From NCBI GenBank assembly GCA_028286805.1, contig JAQBQW010000019.1:1-48323 (forward strand): a stretch of 48,323 nucleotides of DNA, in the 5' to 3' direction. The notes beneath the pieces are model-generated. The model did not search any database. It was not told the origin of the DNA and was given only the letters and a program-made list of their open reading frames with translations. A program made the position numbers and the translations under genes. This DNA is from Parcubacteria group bacterium (GTDB lineage: Bacteria; Patescibacteriota; Minisyncoccia; Phycocordibacterales; Zambryskibacteraceae). This document shows, piece by piece, positions 10,611 through 20,457 of this stretch (the first letter of the stretch is position 1; every line of letters starts with the position of its first letter).

Positions 10611-11780
10611 ATGCCGTTGTGGCTCATCGTTATTATCCCGATTGCACTTGCAATTATCATTCTGATGTCAGTCGACACTCTCCCGCCAAATAGGTATGGA
10701 GCTATCGACTTTCTGGGTCTCGCATTTTACGAAGCGGGTCCTGGGGGTCCTGTAATTGTTGTGAAGGGCCTTATGCACATGAAAGTCTTCGATTCCCCGC
10801 TCCACGAAAAAGAGATCCCGGACGAACCCGAGTTCGTTCAGAAGGATCATCAAGATCATGTGGATACTGGGAAGAAGGCAACCATTCGCATCTCACAACG
10901 TGGCGCAAACACCGCGCTCTGGATTGATGTCGCACGTTTCAAGAAGGAGGGCAAGAATTTCGATAAGTTTCTCGACTATCTCGTTCCCCTTGGTACCTAC
11001 GCTAAGGCGAACGGCTATGACGAGGAGACTGTCGAAGCCATCAAGGCGGATCCGTATAACCAGGCAGATACTACGGAAGTTTCAGGTATATTCGCCTGGA
11101 GACATCGGAAGGCAGACGGCTTCGGGAATCCGCAAGGAGGATGCTTCGATTTCATCCGCAACATTCACAGTCTTGAAGAAGCGGACAAACGGATTGAAGA
11201 TGAGATGGTTCGTTCGTTCCAGCGAATCCTGAACGTTATTACGCCAGGACACGCATTCGAACATAGCGACATCATTTCAGACTACACCCTCCACATGCTC
11301 GAGATTCTCATCGGCGAGGAGGAAGACAAGACATCCCCCAAGAGAAAGTGTCTTCCACGCTGGGGCATCGACCTCACTAAGGCCGCGATCAAGCTGATCG
11401 ATCCTGGCGAAAGATTCAACATCGCTGTGGCGTCAGCTGCCGCTTCGGCTGCAAGGCGCCAGGAAGTCATTCGGGATGCGGAAGCGACCAAGGCTGCCAC
11501 AGAGCTTGTGGCACAGGGCACCGCCTATGCTGAAGCAAAAATTGGCATGGGTAAAGCTAGGGGTGCCGGAGCAATGGCCAAGGTTATGCAAACACCTGAA
11601 GGGCGTCAGGCTGCTGCTCAAGCGAGCGCTGAACGAGTAGCAGAAAAAGCAGACTTCATCATCACGAACTCAAATGATGGAGCCCTGACGGGAACTGTTG
11701 CGGCAATGGCGAAATCCGCTATTGCAGCATTCGCAGGTAGCACCCCTCCAACCCAACTCAACAGGGATAAGAAAAAGTAA
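10611..11780 (+). CDS. Membrane-anchored SPFH/band-7-like (flotillin/HflK-like) protein
   Basis: GGAGG SD before ATG 10611, N-terminal TM, RWGIDLTKAAIKLIDP followed by an Ala-rich coiled coil (AEATKAATELVAQGTAYAE), the usual SPFH layout. Confidence 0.6.
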   Translation: MPLWLIVIIPIALAIIILMSVDTLPPNRYGAIDFLGLAFYEAGPGGPVIVVKGLMHMKVFDSPLHEKEIPDEPEFVQKDHQDHVDTGKKATIRISQRGANTALWIDVARFKKEGKNFDKFLDYLVPLGTYAKANGYDEETVEAIKADPYNQADTTEVSGIFAWRHRKADGFGNPQGGCFDFIRNIHSLEEADKRIEDEMVRSFQRILNVITPGHAFEHSDIISDYTLHMLEILIGEEEDKTSPKRKCLPRWGIDLTKAAIKLIDPGERFNIAVASAAASAARRQEVIRDAEATKAATELVAQGTAYAEAKIGMGKARGAGAMAKVMQTPEGRQAAAQASAERVAEKADFIITNSNDGALTGTVAAMAKSAIAAFAGSTPPTQLNRDKKK

Positions 11781-11797
11781 CAAACTAGTAGTTTCCC

Positions 11798-11833
11798 AGC
11801 GGCTTCCTTCCCACAAAGGAGCCGCTTTTTTTT
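11798..11833 (+). terminator. Intrinsic terminator
   Basis: AGCGGCTTCCTT...AAGGAGCCGCT stem followed by a T-run. Confidence 0.8.
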
Positions 11834-11927
11834 CTATATTGACTTACTAAAATAAATATGTTATTATCTCTATTAGAGAGAGGTGAAAGCAACCTCCGTA
11901 CATAGACATCAACAAAAGGTGCGTGAT

Positions 11928-12704
11928 ATGAAAATTCTGACCGAATTTCCGTACAATCTTATCGTCATGTTCACTCTTTTCTTGCTCACCCTCTTAGGAG
12001 GCCTAGCCCTTAAGAGAAAGGGTAATGAAAAGAGTGAGCGTCCGAAAAAGAGAAAGAAACTGACATCGAATCCGGTACCTGTCGACACAGCAGGGACAAC
12101 GACAACAACTGCTGCGTCTGCAAAGGTGACGCTTGAAAACAAGTCTGGAAAGAAAGCGAGGAGCTCCGGCTGGAAGAAGTGGGTGATCATCATCATTACG
12201 ATGGCATTCATCAACCTCATGCTCTATGCGAGCTCCCCGGATCTCTACAAGTGGCTGGTGATACAGCCGTTGTATTGGATCTTCCACGCCATCGTCCTCA
12301 TTGTTGCATTCGTAACCGAGCTCGGCAGCGATACCGGCAATGAAGCAACGAAGTGGATCAAGGGAGCCTTTATCTTCTGCCTATTGCTCGCGATTGGAAC
12401 CTGGGGATACCGCAAGTATGGCCTACCTACGTCGGGTGCTGACAGTTGGGATGATTCAAATGTCCGCACTATCACCGTTACCTCGCATTGGGGCAAGACC
12501 TTCATTCCCCCTCACGAATGGGCGGGCCGTCATATGGATTGGACACCGGCGGATACGTCGCTACCATTCCAGGTAGCAACTCAGTCCGACACAGTAACCT
12601 ATCATTCGGGCGAAAAGTACAAGGACATCGGTACGATCCTCTCCTTGAACTTCCGAATGGTGAGTGATACCACCGCCAAGTTCATCGTGCGAGCCTACAA
12701 GTAG
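11928..12704 (+). CDS. Hypothetical membrane protein (about 4 TM plus C-terminal extracellular beta domain)
   Basis: ORF with hydrophobic segments, own TTGACT-17-TATTAT promoter and AAAGGTG SD. Confidence 0.6.
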   Translation: MKILTEFPYNLIVMFTLFLLTLLGGLALKRKGNEKSERPKKRKKLTSNPVPVDTAGTTTTTAASAKVTLENKSGKKARSSGWKKWVIIIITMAFINLMLYASSPDLYKWLVIQPLYWIFHAIVLIVAFVTELGSDTGNEATKWIKGAFIFCLLLAIGTWGYRKYGLPTSGADSWDDSNVRTITVTSHWGKTFIPPHEWAGRHMDWTPADTSLPFQVATQSDTVTYHSGEKYKDIGTILSLNFRMVSDTTAKFIVRAYK

Positions 12705-12731
12705 TAAGCAACTGCACGGGAACTATCACCG

Positions 12732-12795
12732 GGCCGGTACGCATGCGTACCGGCCTATTTCTATACAAAAACACTCCGCATGCGCAGAGTGTTTT
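12732..12795. terminator. Two hairpins between convergent genes
   Basis: Perfect 24-bp palindrome GGCCGGTACGCATGCGTACCGGCC and a second stem AAAACACTC...GAGTGTTTT. Confidence 0.65.
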
Positions 12796-12803
12796 CTTTA
12801 TCG

Positions 12804-13067
12804 CTATTGGATATTCGCCGGAGGCGTAATCCCGAATGTATTCAAGACGATGTGGATTAATCCATACGCACTGAACATAACGAACATTCCGAACAACCCA
12901 TACATTATTTTGCGCTTGCCGTCTTCCCTTCCTTTGGAATCATCTGCCTTACTGATGAACTGGAATAGTCCGAAGAAGAAAATAAGAAGAGCGATGGCAA
13001 ACACAAGGATGATGATGGGGTTAATGATCAAAGCATTAACCCTGTTCAAGAATGTGTTGATGTTCAT
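12804..13067 (-). CDS. T4SS/VirB2-TrbC-type pilin-like membrane protein (6th of array)
   Basis: Two TM helices around FFGLFQFISKADDSKGREDGKRKIMYGLFGMFVMFSAYG. Confidence 0.75.
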   Translation of the reverse strand: MNINTFLNRVNALIINPIIILVFAIALLIFFFGLFQFISKADDSKGREDGKRKIMYGLFGMFVMFSAYGLIHIVLNTFGITPPANIQ

Positions 13068-13076
13068 GACAAACTG

Positions 13077-13442
13077 CTACTGAGGAAGACCTTGAACGGT
13101 AGGAACTGGGAGGCTACCTCCCTGGTCGTTTACTCCGAGAGAGTTACCGACGAATCGAACGAGTCCCCAAACAGAGACCATAACGAAGAGAGCGATCACT
13201 CCGTAGATCATTACCTGGATAGATTCCTTTCTCTTTTCTTCGTCTCCGCCGTTGAAGATAAACTTCAAGAGGCCGAAGAAGAATGCAAGAAGGGCGAGAC
13301 CGACAACAACTGGAAGCGCGTAGCTAACGAGTGTTCCAATCGATTTAATAAGATTGCCGATATTTCCGAAATAAGTCTGCGCTGAAGCGAACAGCGGAGA
13401 AACCATGAGGACTGTGAGCACTGGAAGGATAACCTTTTTCAT
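13077..13442 (-). CDS. Pilin-like protein (5th of array)
   Basis: Signal peptide ending ASA, then FFGLLKFIFNGGDEEKRKESIQVMIYGVIALFVMVSVWG. Confidence 0.78.
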   Translation of the reverse strand: MKKVILPVLTVLMVSPLFASAQTYFGNIGNLIKSIGTLVSYALPVVVGLALLAFFFGLLKFIFNGGDEEKRKESIQVMIYGVIALFVMVSVWGLVRFVGNSLGVNDQGGSLPVPTVQGLPQ

Positions 13443-13526
13443 GTATACGTGATTATTTAATAAACCTTAATGGTATGTTCATAATCATACCCTCTGGTAC
13501 GGAAATTACCAGCAGCGTGGGGATAA

Positions 13527-13970
13527 TTATGAGCACGGATGCTGAAGATCGAATCCGCATGGAGGACCGGATTGATCAACATAAACAGGATCGGTACCGC
13601 CTCGAGGTGCGGGAACAAATGCACCGGGAGAATATCCTGCACCGGGAGTATATGTTCCATCTGGCTGAATATTAAACGCCGTTCCAATGAATCTCACGAG
13701 CCCCCAGACGGAAAACATTACGAATATGGCAATAAGTCCCCAGACCATTTGATTTCTTCCTTCTGCATGGCTTTTTACGTCGTCTGCTTTGAAAATAAAT
13801 TTAACCAGACCAATGAAAAACGCCAACAAACCAAGACCTCCGGCAACAAGAATAGCCGAGGAAACCAATCTTCCGCCGCCGCTGATAATCCCCTTGATTC
13901 CCTGTCCTTCATTTGCCGCAAAAGCAATTCCAGGAAGTGCGGCGATGAAAATAAGGCAGAACTTTCTCAT
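13527..13970 (-). CDS. Pilin-like protein (4th of array) with Pro/Gly/Cys C-terminal extension
   Basis: Start reassigned to MRKFCLIFIAALPGIAFA; FIGLVKFIFKADDVKSHAEGRNQMVWGLIAIFVMFSVWG. Confidence 0.75.
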   Translation of the reverse strand: MRKFCLIFIAALPGIAFAANEGQGIKGIISGGGRLVSSAILVAGGLGLLAFFIGLVKFIFKADDVKSHAEGRNQMVWGLIAIFVMFSVWGLVRFIGTAFNIQPDGTYTPGAGYSPGAFVPAPRGGTDPVYVDQSGPPCGFDLQHPCS

Positions 13971-13972
13971 AT

Positions 13973-14317
13973 TTATTTTATTGGACGAAGGAGTGGAATT
14001 CCTCCGACGTTGTTTGAGATTCCGATATCTCTCTGGGCGAATTTTATAATTCCAAAGACGCTGAACATCACAAAGAGTGCGATGAGTCCCCAGATCATCA
14101 AGTTCTTTCCTTCTTCGTGCTCCCCTGCATCTCCGGCTTTCATAATAAATTTTGTCAAACCCCAAAGAAAAGTTAACAAAGCCAATCCTCCAACAACGGG
14201 TGTCGCAAGCGTAACGATATCGGTAAACAGTTTAACTACATCAGCAAAGGTACTGTTGTTGTTAATCTGCGCAAATGCGAGGGTGGGAGTGATCAATAAT
14301 AAAAGGTATTTTTTCAT
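13973..14317 (-). CDS. Pilin-like protein (3rd of array)
   Basis: MKKYLLLLITPTLAFA signal; LWGLTKFIMKAGDAGEHEEGKNLMIWGLIALFVMFSVFG. Confidence 0.78.
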   Translation of the reverse strand: MKKYLLLLITPTLAFAQINNNSTFADVVKLFTDIVTLATPVVGGLALLTFLWGLTKFIMKAGDAGEHEEGKNLMIWGLIALFVMFSVFGIIKFAQRDIGISNNVGGIPLLRPIK

Positions 14318-14318
14318 T

Positions 14319-14777
14319 TTAGAATGGACAACTGCCAGATCCCTGAAGTGCACAGAGAGTGTTTCCAATTACTTGGAAAATGACCCACGATCCGAGAAGA
14401 ATGGCTGTACCGATAGCTGTATATAACAAAGCTCTGTTTGCAGTCTGAATCTTTTTCTCATCTCCTTGAGCCATAACATACAAGAAACCGGACCAAATGA
14501 ATGCAAGAACTGCGATCACTCCTCCGATAGGCATGAGAATGTTATCAAAAATACTTTTGAAGAGTTGGGGAATGGTTGTTGCTTTAGTTCCGAAAGGATT
14601 ATCAAGTTTGAAATTGATTGATTGAGTGGTTCCTCCTCCCACTGTTCCCCCTCCTGCAGGAGATCCTACTACACCACCACCAGCAGGGGTTCCCGCTGTT
14701 CCTTCGGCTCTTACTACATTAAAAGAAACCCCAAGCAAGAAAACCAAAATCAGAAAGTGTGGAAGATATTTTTTCAT
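14319..14777 (-). CDS. Pilin-like protein (2nd of array, TrbC/VirB2-like)
   Basis: Signal peptide, LDNPFG motif, IWSGFLYVMAQGDEKKIQTANRALLYTAIGTAILLGS. Confidence 0.78.
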   Translation of the reverse strand: MKKYLPHFLILVFLLGVSFNVVRAEGTAGTPAGGGVVGSPAGGGTVGGGTTQSINFKLDNPFGTKATTIPQLFKSIFDNILMPIGGVIAVLAFIWSGFLYVMAQGDEKKIQTANRALLYTAIGTAILLGSWVIFQVIGNTLCALQGSGSCPF

Positions 14778-15190
14778 TAATTTGATGGATTACCAAGAAG
14801 GGAGAAGCCGCCCGCAGGATCTAAGAGAGCGTTAGTAATAGTGTAAATCAGGAACCAAGCTAAGACAACGATGACATATCCCTTCAGCACCATGAGAAGC
14901 ATTTTCTTTGCATCCTTCATGGCGCCTTCGTCTCCACCGGATGTTAACAACTTAAATCCCGCGAATGCAAAGACGGCTGCAGCAAGAATAGTAGAGAGTT
15001 TAATGAGAAAGTTGATGGCATTGTGTACAAGCAGAATTAAGGAATCGATGGTGCAGGGATATGCAGTTGTACCGTTACATACAATAAGGCTGGTTTTATC
15101 TGGAGCAATCTCCTGTGCGTGAATAAATACAGGTACCACCAAAATCACAAGGACCAAGAACCCTAAAACATGCGAAAGTGGTTTTTTCAT
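14777..15190 (-). CDS. Pilin-like protein (1st of array)
   Basis: Signal peptide, LIVC...PC pair, AFAGFKLLTSGGDEGAMKDAKKML...G..IV..AW. Confidence 0.78.
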   Translation of the reverse strand: MKKPLSHVLGFLVLVILVVPVFIHAQEIAPDKTSLIVCNGTTAYPCTIDSLILLVHNAINFLIKLSTILAAAVFAFAGFKLLTSGGDEGAMKDAKKMLLMVLKGYVIVVLAWFLIYTITNALLDPAGGFSLLGNPSN

Positions 15191-16470
15191 TTACCGAGTG
15201 TATTTAGTTTATCTTCTGCTGTGCGGAGCGCGTTGGATCTGTCAGATCTTCCGGAGGTAACTGAATCAATCATATCAGTAAAGATTTTTCTGGTCTTAAC
15301 AGTATCCGGATCCAACCATCCTTTGGCTTGAATGGCAGCGTCATAGAAAGTGCTCAAATATAAATCTCCCGGCTTGTTTGCCAACAGAGTTCGTCTTGCC
15401 GGTGCAATTCCAAGAAGCGTTGCTAACTTGCTCGAGGTATCAGATGAAGAAAGCTTCAGCGCGGCACTGTATGCAGCGGCTTGGTTTGGAGAACTTTTTA
15501 CAATAGCTACCGCTTTCATCTGGCCGAATGTAAAGGATTTGCCCGCAACTCGAGACTGGGGCACCGCCATAATACCAAGAGCAAGTGTTGGAGATTTTGC
15601 TTTTAATTCTCTGAGTTCACTCGCAAATCCCAAGTAGAGGGCGCTGTCTCCGGAAATAAACGAGGTTAAGGCCGGAAGCTGGGATCTATTCCACGAATAA
15701 AACGGCTTAGCGGGATCAGAGAATTGAGTGTAGAAATCCAATGCGGAATCTGCGGGAGAATTTGGAAGGTTATACGCATTCAAAAGTTCTGAATTGATCG
15801 AAGAACCCTGGATATCTGTAATCGGAGTACCGGCTTGAAGCATGAGGAGCGAAAGAATCTCTTTTGCATGGGGAATGTTCGAAGAGGTGCCGAGAGCAAT
15901 AGCAGATTTCGTAATGTTCCCCGCGTTATCTCGCGCGGTGAGTTTAGCCGCGTAATCATACATCTGGTCCCAATATGCGGGAGGAAGGGCAAGAGAAGCG
16001 CTCGAGAGCAAGTCTCGGTTGTAGAACATCACCAACGGATCAATGGTCAGAGGAAGGGCGTAGGATCCCGCTGAATTCAAAAACAATGTTCCTTCGTCTG
16101 CAAACGTATTAATGAAATCTTTCTGACTCACCGTTGTATAAGGAATGATCGAGAGTTTATTCCTCTGCTTCCAAACTTTGTCTTGAGACAAGATCACCAG
16201 ATCCGGTCCCGTACCTTCTGCCAATGCTTCGGTGAAATCGGTGTCAAAGGTATCTGCAGACTTTTCCGTATAGGTGAGGGTAAGGGTGCTGTCGCTCGAA
16301 AGACCGGATTCACTGAGGAAGGTATTGAAATCATACGAAGAAATATCTCCCCAAATAGTAATCCGAGCACTCGTCGTTCCAGAACCGGTGTGGACGAAAG
16401 AGAATACAAGGACCGCACCGACGATGGCTACTCCAAAAAAGAGGAGAAGGAAAAGCTGAAATTTCGACAT
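15187..16470 (-). CDS. Extracellular solute-binding protein (sugar ABC-type SBP fold), membrane anchored
   Basis: Start at MSKFQLF; ITIWG, ALAEGTGPDL, YALPLTIDPLVMFYNRDL. Confidence 0.8.
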   Translation of the reverse strand: MSKFQLFLLLFFGVAIVGAVLVFSFVHTGSGTTSARITIWGDISSYDFNTFLSESGLSSDSTLTLTYTEKSADTFDTDFTEALAEGTGPDLVILSQDKVWKQRNKLSIIPYTTVSQKDFINTFADEGTLFLNSAGSYALPLTIDPLVMFYNRDLLSSASLALPPAYWDQMYDYAAKLTARDNAGNITKSAIALGTSSNIPHAKEILSLLMLQAGTPITDIQGSSINSELLNAYNLPNSPADSALDFYTQFSDPAKPFYSWNRSQLPALTSFISGDSALYLGFASELRELKAKSPTLALGIMAVPQSRVAGKSFTFGQMKAVAIVKSSPNQAAAYSAALKLSSSDTSSKLATLLGIAPARRTLLANKPGDLYLSTFYDAAIQAKGWLDPDTVKTRKIFTDMIDSVTSGRSDRSNALRTAEDKLNTLGK

Positions 16471-16486
16471 TACAAATATTGTATCA

Positions 16487-16957
16487 TCAATTTTTAAAGA
16501 TGTAGCCTGTCTGTCCACGGCCCGCATCGAATGCGCGCTCAAAAACCAATCCCGAGGTTTCGAGAACTTCGCGGATACCAACCATTTTTTCAACCAAACA
16601 TACCTTGCCTCCCTTCTTCACAATTCTCTTGGCTTCCGCACACGCTCCCGCTTTGTCCTCGAGTCTTGAAAAGATATGCGAAAACACCGCTCCATCGAGG
16701 ACTCCAGACCGAAGACTGGTTCCTCTTTCAATGTCTCCGATCATCACCTCAATATTTTGTCTTCCTTCCATCATGGCGGTTTTCTTTAACCGAGAAAGCG
16801 ACGAGGGTTCGAGATCCACCGCAATCACTCGCCCCATGTTCCCCACTGCGGTCGAAAGTGCTGCCGTATAAAATCCGCTGCCGCTGCCGAGATCCGCAAC
16901 TTTTTGTCCGGGAATAAATCCGAATTCGAGGACGTTGTGGATCGGATCGTTTTTCAT
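16487..16957 (-). CDS. Class I SAM-dependent methyltransferase
   Basis: VADLGSGSG motif I, VIAVD, KRIVKKGG. Confidence 0.85.
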   Translation of the reverse strand: MKNDPIHNVLEFGFIPGQKVADLGSGSGFYTAALSTAVGNMGRVIAVDLEPSSLSRLKKTAMMEGRQNIEVMIGDIERGTSLRSGVLDGAVFSHIFSRLEDKAGACAEAKRIVKKGGKVCLVEKMVGIREVLETSGLVFERAFDAGRGQTGYIFKN

Positions 16958-17009
16958 GTAGATATTATACAAGCAAATGAAATAAAAAAAGCCCGAACTG
17001 CTGGAACAG

Positions 17010-17567
17010 TTAGGGTTTATCAGTATCGATGGCCGAAAGAATGAAGACCGTTTCGTCTAATCTATCCCACTCGTGTCCGGGATAATCGAAAATAGTCTGC
17101 ATACTCCATGTTCCGTCCTCTTGTCGGCACAGAGCAAGACAGTCTGGATTACCCGGCGGCATTTGCAGATCTGCAATAAACACAATCCGCTTGTGCCCCC
17201 ATTCGAACAGTATGTTGAGGGGATATCGCGCAGAGAAATGCAGCACGAACTCAAGTGGGGTGCGTTGACTGCCTTCGTGTTCCCCTACTCGACAGAGATG
17301 ATCTGTTGAATTCATCTCAGGAGTAATGATGCGTTCTTCTGGGTCCAGAATGACAGGACGATACAAACGGCCGTGTGTTGGAATGTACGGAAATTGCTTA
17401 TCTGGATCTCCGAAAAAACGTTCGCCCAGATCAGCTTCCCAGGCGATTTTTCTTTCTGCAAGACCAGCAAGCAATGCATCACGCGATTCTCCCTTTGAAA
17501 CAAATGGGTCAAGGGGAAATCCTAGTGGTTCAAGAGCCGTAGGCGGCTCAAGACGTGATCTAATCAT
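17010..17567 (-). CDS. Hypothetical protein
   Basis: 185-aa ORF with GGAGG SD, filling the gap between gyrA and the methyltransferase; a hairpin overlaps its stop. Confidence 0.55.
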   Translation of the reverse strand: MIRSRLEPPTALEPLGFPLDPFVSKGESRDALLAGLAERKIAWEADLGERFFGDPDKQFPYIPTHGRLYRPVILDPEERIITPEMNSTDHLCRVGEHEGSQRTPLEFVLHFSARYPLNILFEWGHKRIVFIADLQMPPGNPDCLALCRQEDGTWSMQTIFDYPGHEWDRLDETVFILSAIDTDKP

Positions 17568-17632
17568 GAGCTCCTCCGGGTTTAATGGTTCCGATTTAAA
17601 ACTTTACTCCTGTATTCCGGAGAGTCAACCAC

Positions 17633-20098
17633 TTAAAAGCAGATCAAACTTGCAAGTGAGTCTCCTTCTCGCAATTTCATGATGCGTACCCCTTGAGTTT
17701 GTCTACCAAGCACTGGAATTTCTTTCACGTCAACACGAACTACTTGGGATTTCTTTGAAATGGCGATCACTTCTTCCTCTGCTTCCGTCACCACTTGCGA
17801 AGAAATAACCTTGCCGGTTTTGGCTGTAACGTTTGAGGTCAAAATACCGGATCCTCCTCGTCCTTGGACTTTGTATTCGGAAAGGTCTGTTCGTTTTCCG
17901 TACCCGTTTTCTGAAATAACCAGGAGGTGTACATTCTGCGCTCCTTTCTTCACCGTATTTGCGCTGATGACCCTGTCTCCCTTATCAAGTTTAATACCGC
18001 GAACACCGGCTGCGCCTCGTCCCATTTCACGGATATCCGATTCCTTAAAGCGGATGGACTGTCCTTCGCGTGTAACGATGGAAAGATCATCTCCGGCGCA
18101 GACCATCGAAACTGAAACCAAGCGGTCTCCTGCAGCAAGAGAGATGGCAATAATGCCCGATGAACGAACATCGTGGAAAGATTTGGCAGCCACTTTTTTG
18201 GCCGTACCGTCCTGGGTTACCATCATGAGGGAACCCTGTATTTCCTTGGCCTCCTTGGACATCGGAAGAATAGAGGTAATTTTCTCGTCATCCGAAAGCG
18301 AGATGAAGTTCATAATGGACTTACCCTTTGTAGCGCGCTTGCCTTCTGGGATATCGTACATCTTGATCTGGTACGCCTTGCCTTTGTCTGTAAAGAAAAG
18401 AAGATCTGAATGGGTTGAAGCGGTTAAGAAATGAGTAACGAAATCTTCTTCTTTTGTATCGAGGTCCACCACGCCAACTCCTCCACGCTTCTGGCGTTTG
18501 TATTCGTCCGGATTGGTGCGTTTGATATATCCCCCTGAAGTGAGAACGAGTGCGTTGTCTTCGTCTGGAATCATATCTTCAACTGAAAGGATCTTTGCAC
18601 CTCCTTTAATCACCTTCGTTCGTCTATCGTCTCCGTATTTTTCCTTTGCTGCAGTCAGTTCGTCTTTGACCACTTTCAATATTTTCTTTTCAGACGAAAG
18701 AAGGTCTCTCAGGAATGCGATGAGGGTCTGAACTTCTTTCAATTCGTCTTCGATCTTTTTGCGTTCGAGTCCGGCAAGTTTCTGAAGGCGCATTTCAAGA
18801 ATGGCGTTTGCCTGAAGATCTGAGAACTTGAATTTCTTCATCAAGTTTTCCTTTGCTTCTTCTACTGTCTTGGATGCGCGGATGATTTTAATCACCTCTT
18901 CGATATGATCCAAGGCTTTTGAGAGTCCGAGAAGGATGTGTTCTCTGGCTAAAGCTTTTTCGAGATCGAATTCAGTTCGTCTTCGGACAACCACCTGGCG
19001 GTGCTTCAAGAATTCCTGAAGCATGGTCTTCAAAGAAAGGGTTTGAGGGACTCCATCTACCAGTGCAACCAAGTTTAAATGGAATGTATCTTCGAGCTGG
19101 GTATATTTGTATAAACTGTTGAGGATCTTTTGAGGCTGGGATCCGGTTTTGAGATCGATGGCGATGCGAATATCTTTTGTTGATTCGTCTCGAAGACCTT
19201 TGATGCCCTCGATCTTCTTTTCGCGAACGAGATCCGCGATCTTTTCGATCAAGGCAGATTTATTTACGCGATATGGAATCTCGGTGATGATAATCTGGAA
19301 GTTTCCAGCTTTATTTTCCTGGATGTCTGCGACCCCGCGAGCAACGATGCCACCGCGTCCGGTTGCATATGCGTGATGAATATCTTTCTGATTAAAAATA
19401 ACCCCCCCGGTTGGAAAATCCGGTCCTTTAACAAACTCCAAGAGTTCTTCAGTTGAAGCTTCCGGATTGTCTGCGAGATGCATGGTGGCACCAACCACTT
19501 CGGTTAAGTTGTGCGGAGGAATGTTCGTTGCCATTCCAACGGCAATACCAAGGGTACCGTTCAATAGAAGGTTTGGGAGAGCGGCAGGGAGTACGGTTGG
19601 TTCTTTTTTGGTACCGTCATAGTTTGCTTTGAAGTCTACAGTGTTCTTGTCTATATCATTCAAAAGTTCTGAAGCAACACGGCTCATCTTGGCTTCGGTA
19701 TATCTGTATGCAGCGGCTCCGTCTCCGTCTATGGAGCCGAAGTTACCTTGTCCGATGATAAGCGGATATCTGGTGGAGAAATCCTGGGCGAGCTTGACCA
19801 TGGCGTCGTAGACGGAGGCGTCTCCGTGTGGGTGGTATGATCCGAGCACGTCTCCAACTACCGTCGCGGATTTTCTGGACTTGGCGCTCGCGGTCAGACC
19901 TTTTTCGTTCATGGAGAACAAAATGCGTCGGTGCACGGGTTTCAATCCGTCGCGGACATCCGGAAGAGCGCGGTCTGTAATGACAGACATGGCGTAGTCG
20001 ATGAAGGATTCCTTCATCTCGGTCACGATCGAACGTCCGACGATTTTGTTTTCGCCTGCGTCGTCCTGCATTTTTTCTCCTTCGGTTTTAGTTGCCAT
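17633..20098 (-). CDS. gyrA: DNA gyrase subunit A
   Basis: [29 protein letters not shown] catalytic Tyr, GyrA-box QKRGGVG, pinwheel CTD repeats. Confidence 0.97.
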   Translation of the reverse strand: MATKTEGEKMQDDAGENKIVGRSIVTEMKESFIDYAMSVITDRALPDVRDGLKPVHRRILFSMNEKGLTASAKSRKSATVVGDVLGSYHPHGDASVYDAMVKLAQDFSTRYPLIIGQGNFGSIDGDGAAAYRYTEAKMSRVASELLNDIDKNTVDFKANYDGTKKEPTVLPAALPNLLLNGTLGIAVGMATNIPPHNLTEVVGATMHLADNPEASTEELLEFVKGPDFPTGGVIFNQKDIHHAYATGRGGIVARGVADIQENKAGNFQIIITEIPYRVNKSALIEKIADLVREKKIEGIKGLRDESTKDIRIAIDLKTGSQPQKILNSLYKYTQLEDTFHLNLVALVDGVPQTLSLKTMLQEFLKHRQVVVRRRTEFDLEKALAREHILLGLSKALDHIEEVIKIIRASKTVEEAKENLMKKFKFSDLQANAILEMRLQKLAGLERKKIEDELKEVQTLIAFLRDLLSSEKKILKVVKDELTAAKEKYGDDRRTKVIKGGAKILSVEDMIPDEDNALVLTSGGYIKRTNPDEYKRQKRGGVGVVDLDTKEEDFVTHFLTASTHSDLLFFTDKGKAYQIKMYDIPEGKRATKGKSIMNFISLSDDEKITSILPMSKEAKEIQGSLMMVTQDGTAKKVAAKSFHDVRSSGIIAISLAAGDRLVSVSMVCAGDDLSIVTREGQSIRFKESDIREMGRGAAGVRGIKLDKGDRVISANTVKKGAQNVHLLVISENGYGKRTDLSEYKVQGRGGSGILTSNVTAKTGKVISSQVVTEAEEEVIAISKKSQVVRVDVKEIPVLGRQTQGVRIMKLREGDSLASLICF

Positions 20099-20456
20099 AG
20101 GTGGTATTTGGTAACGCTTCGTCTCGAACAGATTTGTATTCTTGATTTACGTCCACGGATTGTATCGTGGTTTTAGTTTGATTAAAACCTTGGCTAATCG
20201 CAGCTGAGAGATTTTGGAATCCTCCCTTAATGGCTTCAAACGGACTTTCTGGAGCAGTGTCGAGAGCGGCCGCAGCTCCGGCAATTTGAACGGGTTCGAG
20301 AGTGTTTTTTGCTACCGCTGCAGACGGTGTGGAATGAAAAGCGAACACAGACCAGACAGAAAAGAGTGCGAGGGTAAACAGAGCTGATACGCCAAAAGCA
20401 AAACGCTTTTTGTGCGCATCCGAACGTTTGTGAATAGTTGAAAGATATCCGGGCAT
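20088..20456 (-). CDS. Hypothetical single-TM membrane protein
   Basis: [28 protein letters not shown]...; packed between the MBL gene and gyrA. Confidence 0.65.
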   Translation of the reverse strand: MPGYLSTIHKRSDAHKKRFAFGVSALFTLALFSVWSVFAFHSTPSAAVAKNTLEPVQIAGAAAALDTAPESPFEAIKGGFQNLSAAISQGFNQTKTTIQSVDVNQEYKSVRDEALPNTTYGN

Positions 20457-20457
20457 A

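Noticed and set aside
10092..10678. ORFs 10092-10508 and 10331-10678 on the minus strand
   Set aside because: They are antisense translations of the tRNA cluster.
13539..14426. 295-aa plus-strand ORF
   Set aside because: Antisense to three well-supported pilin-like genes, with no recognisable motifs.
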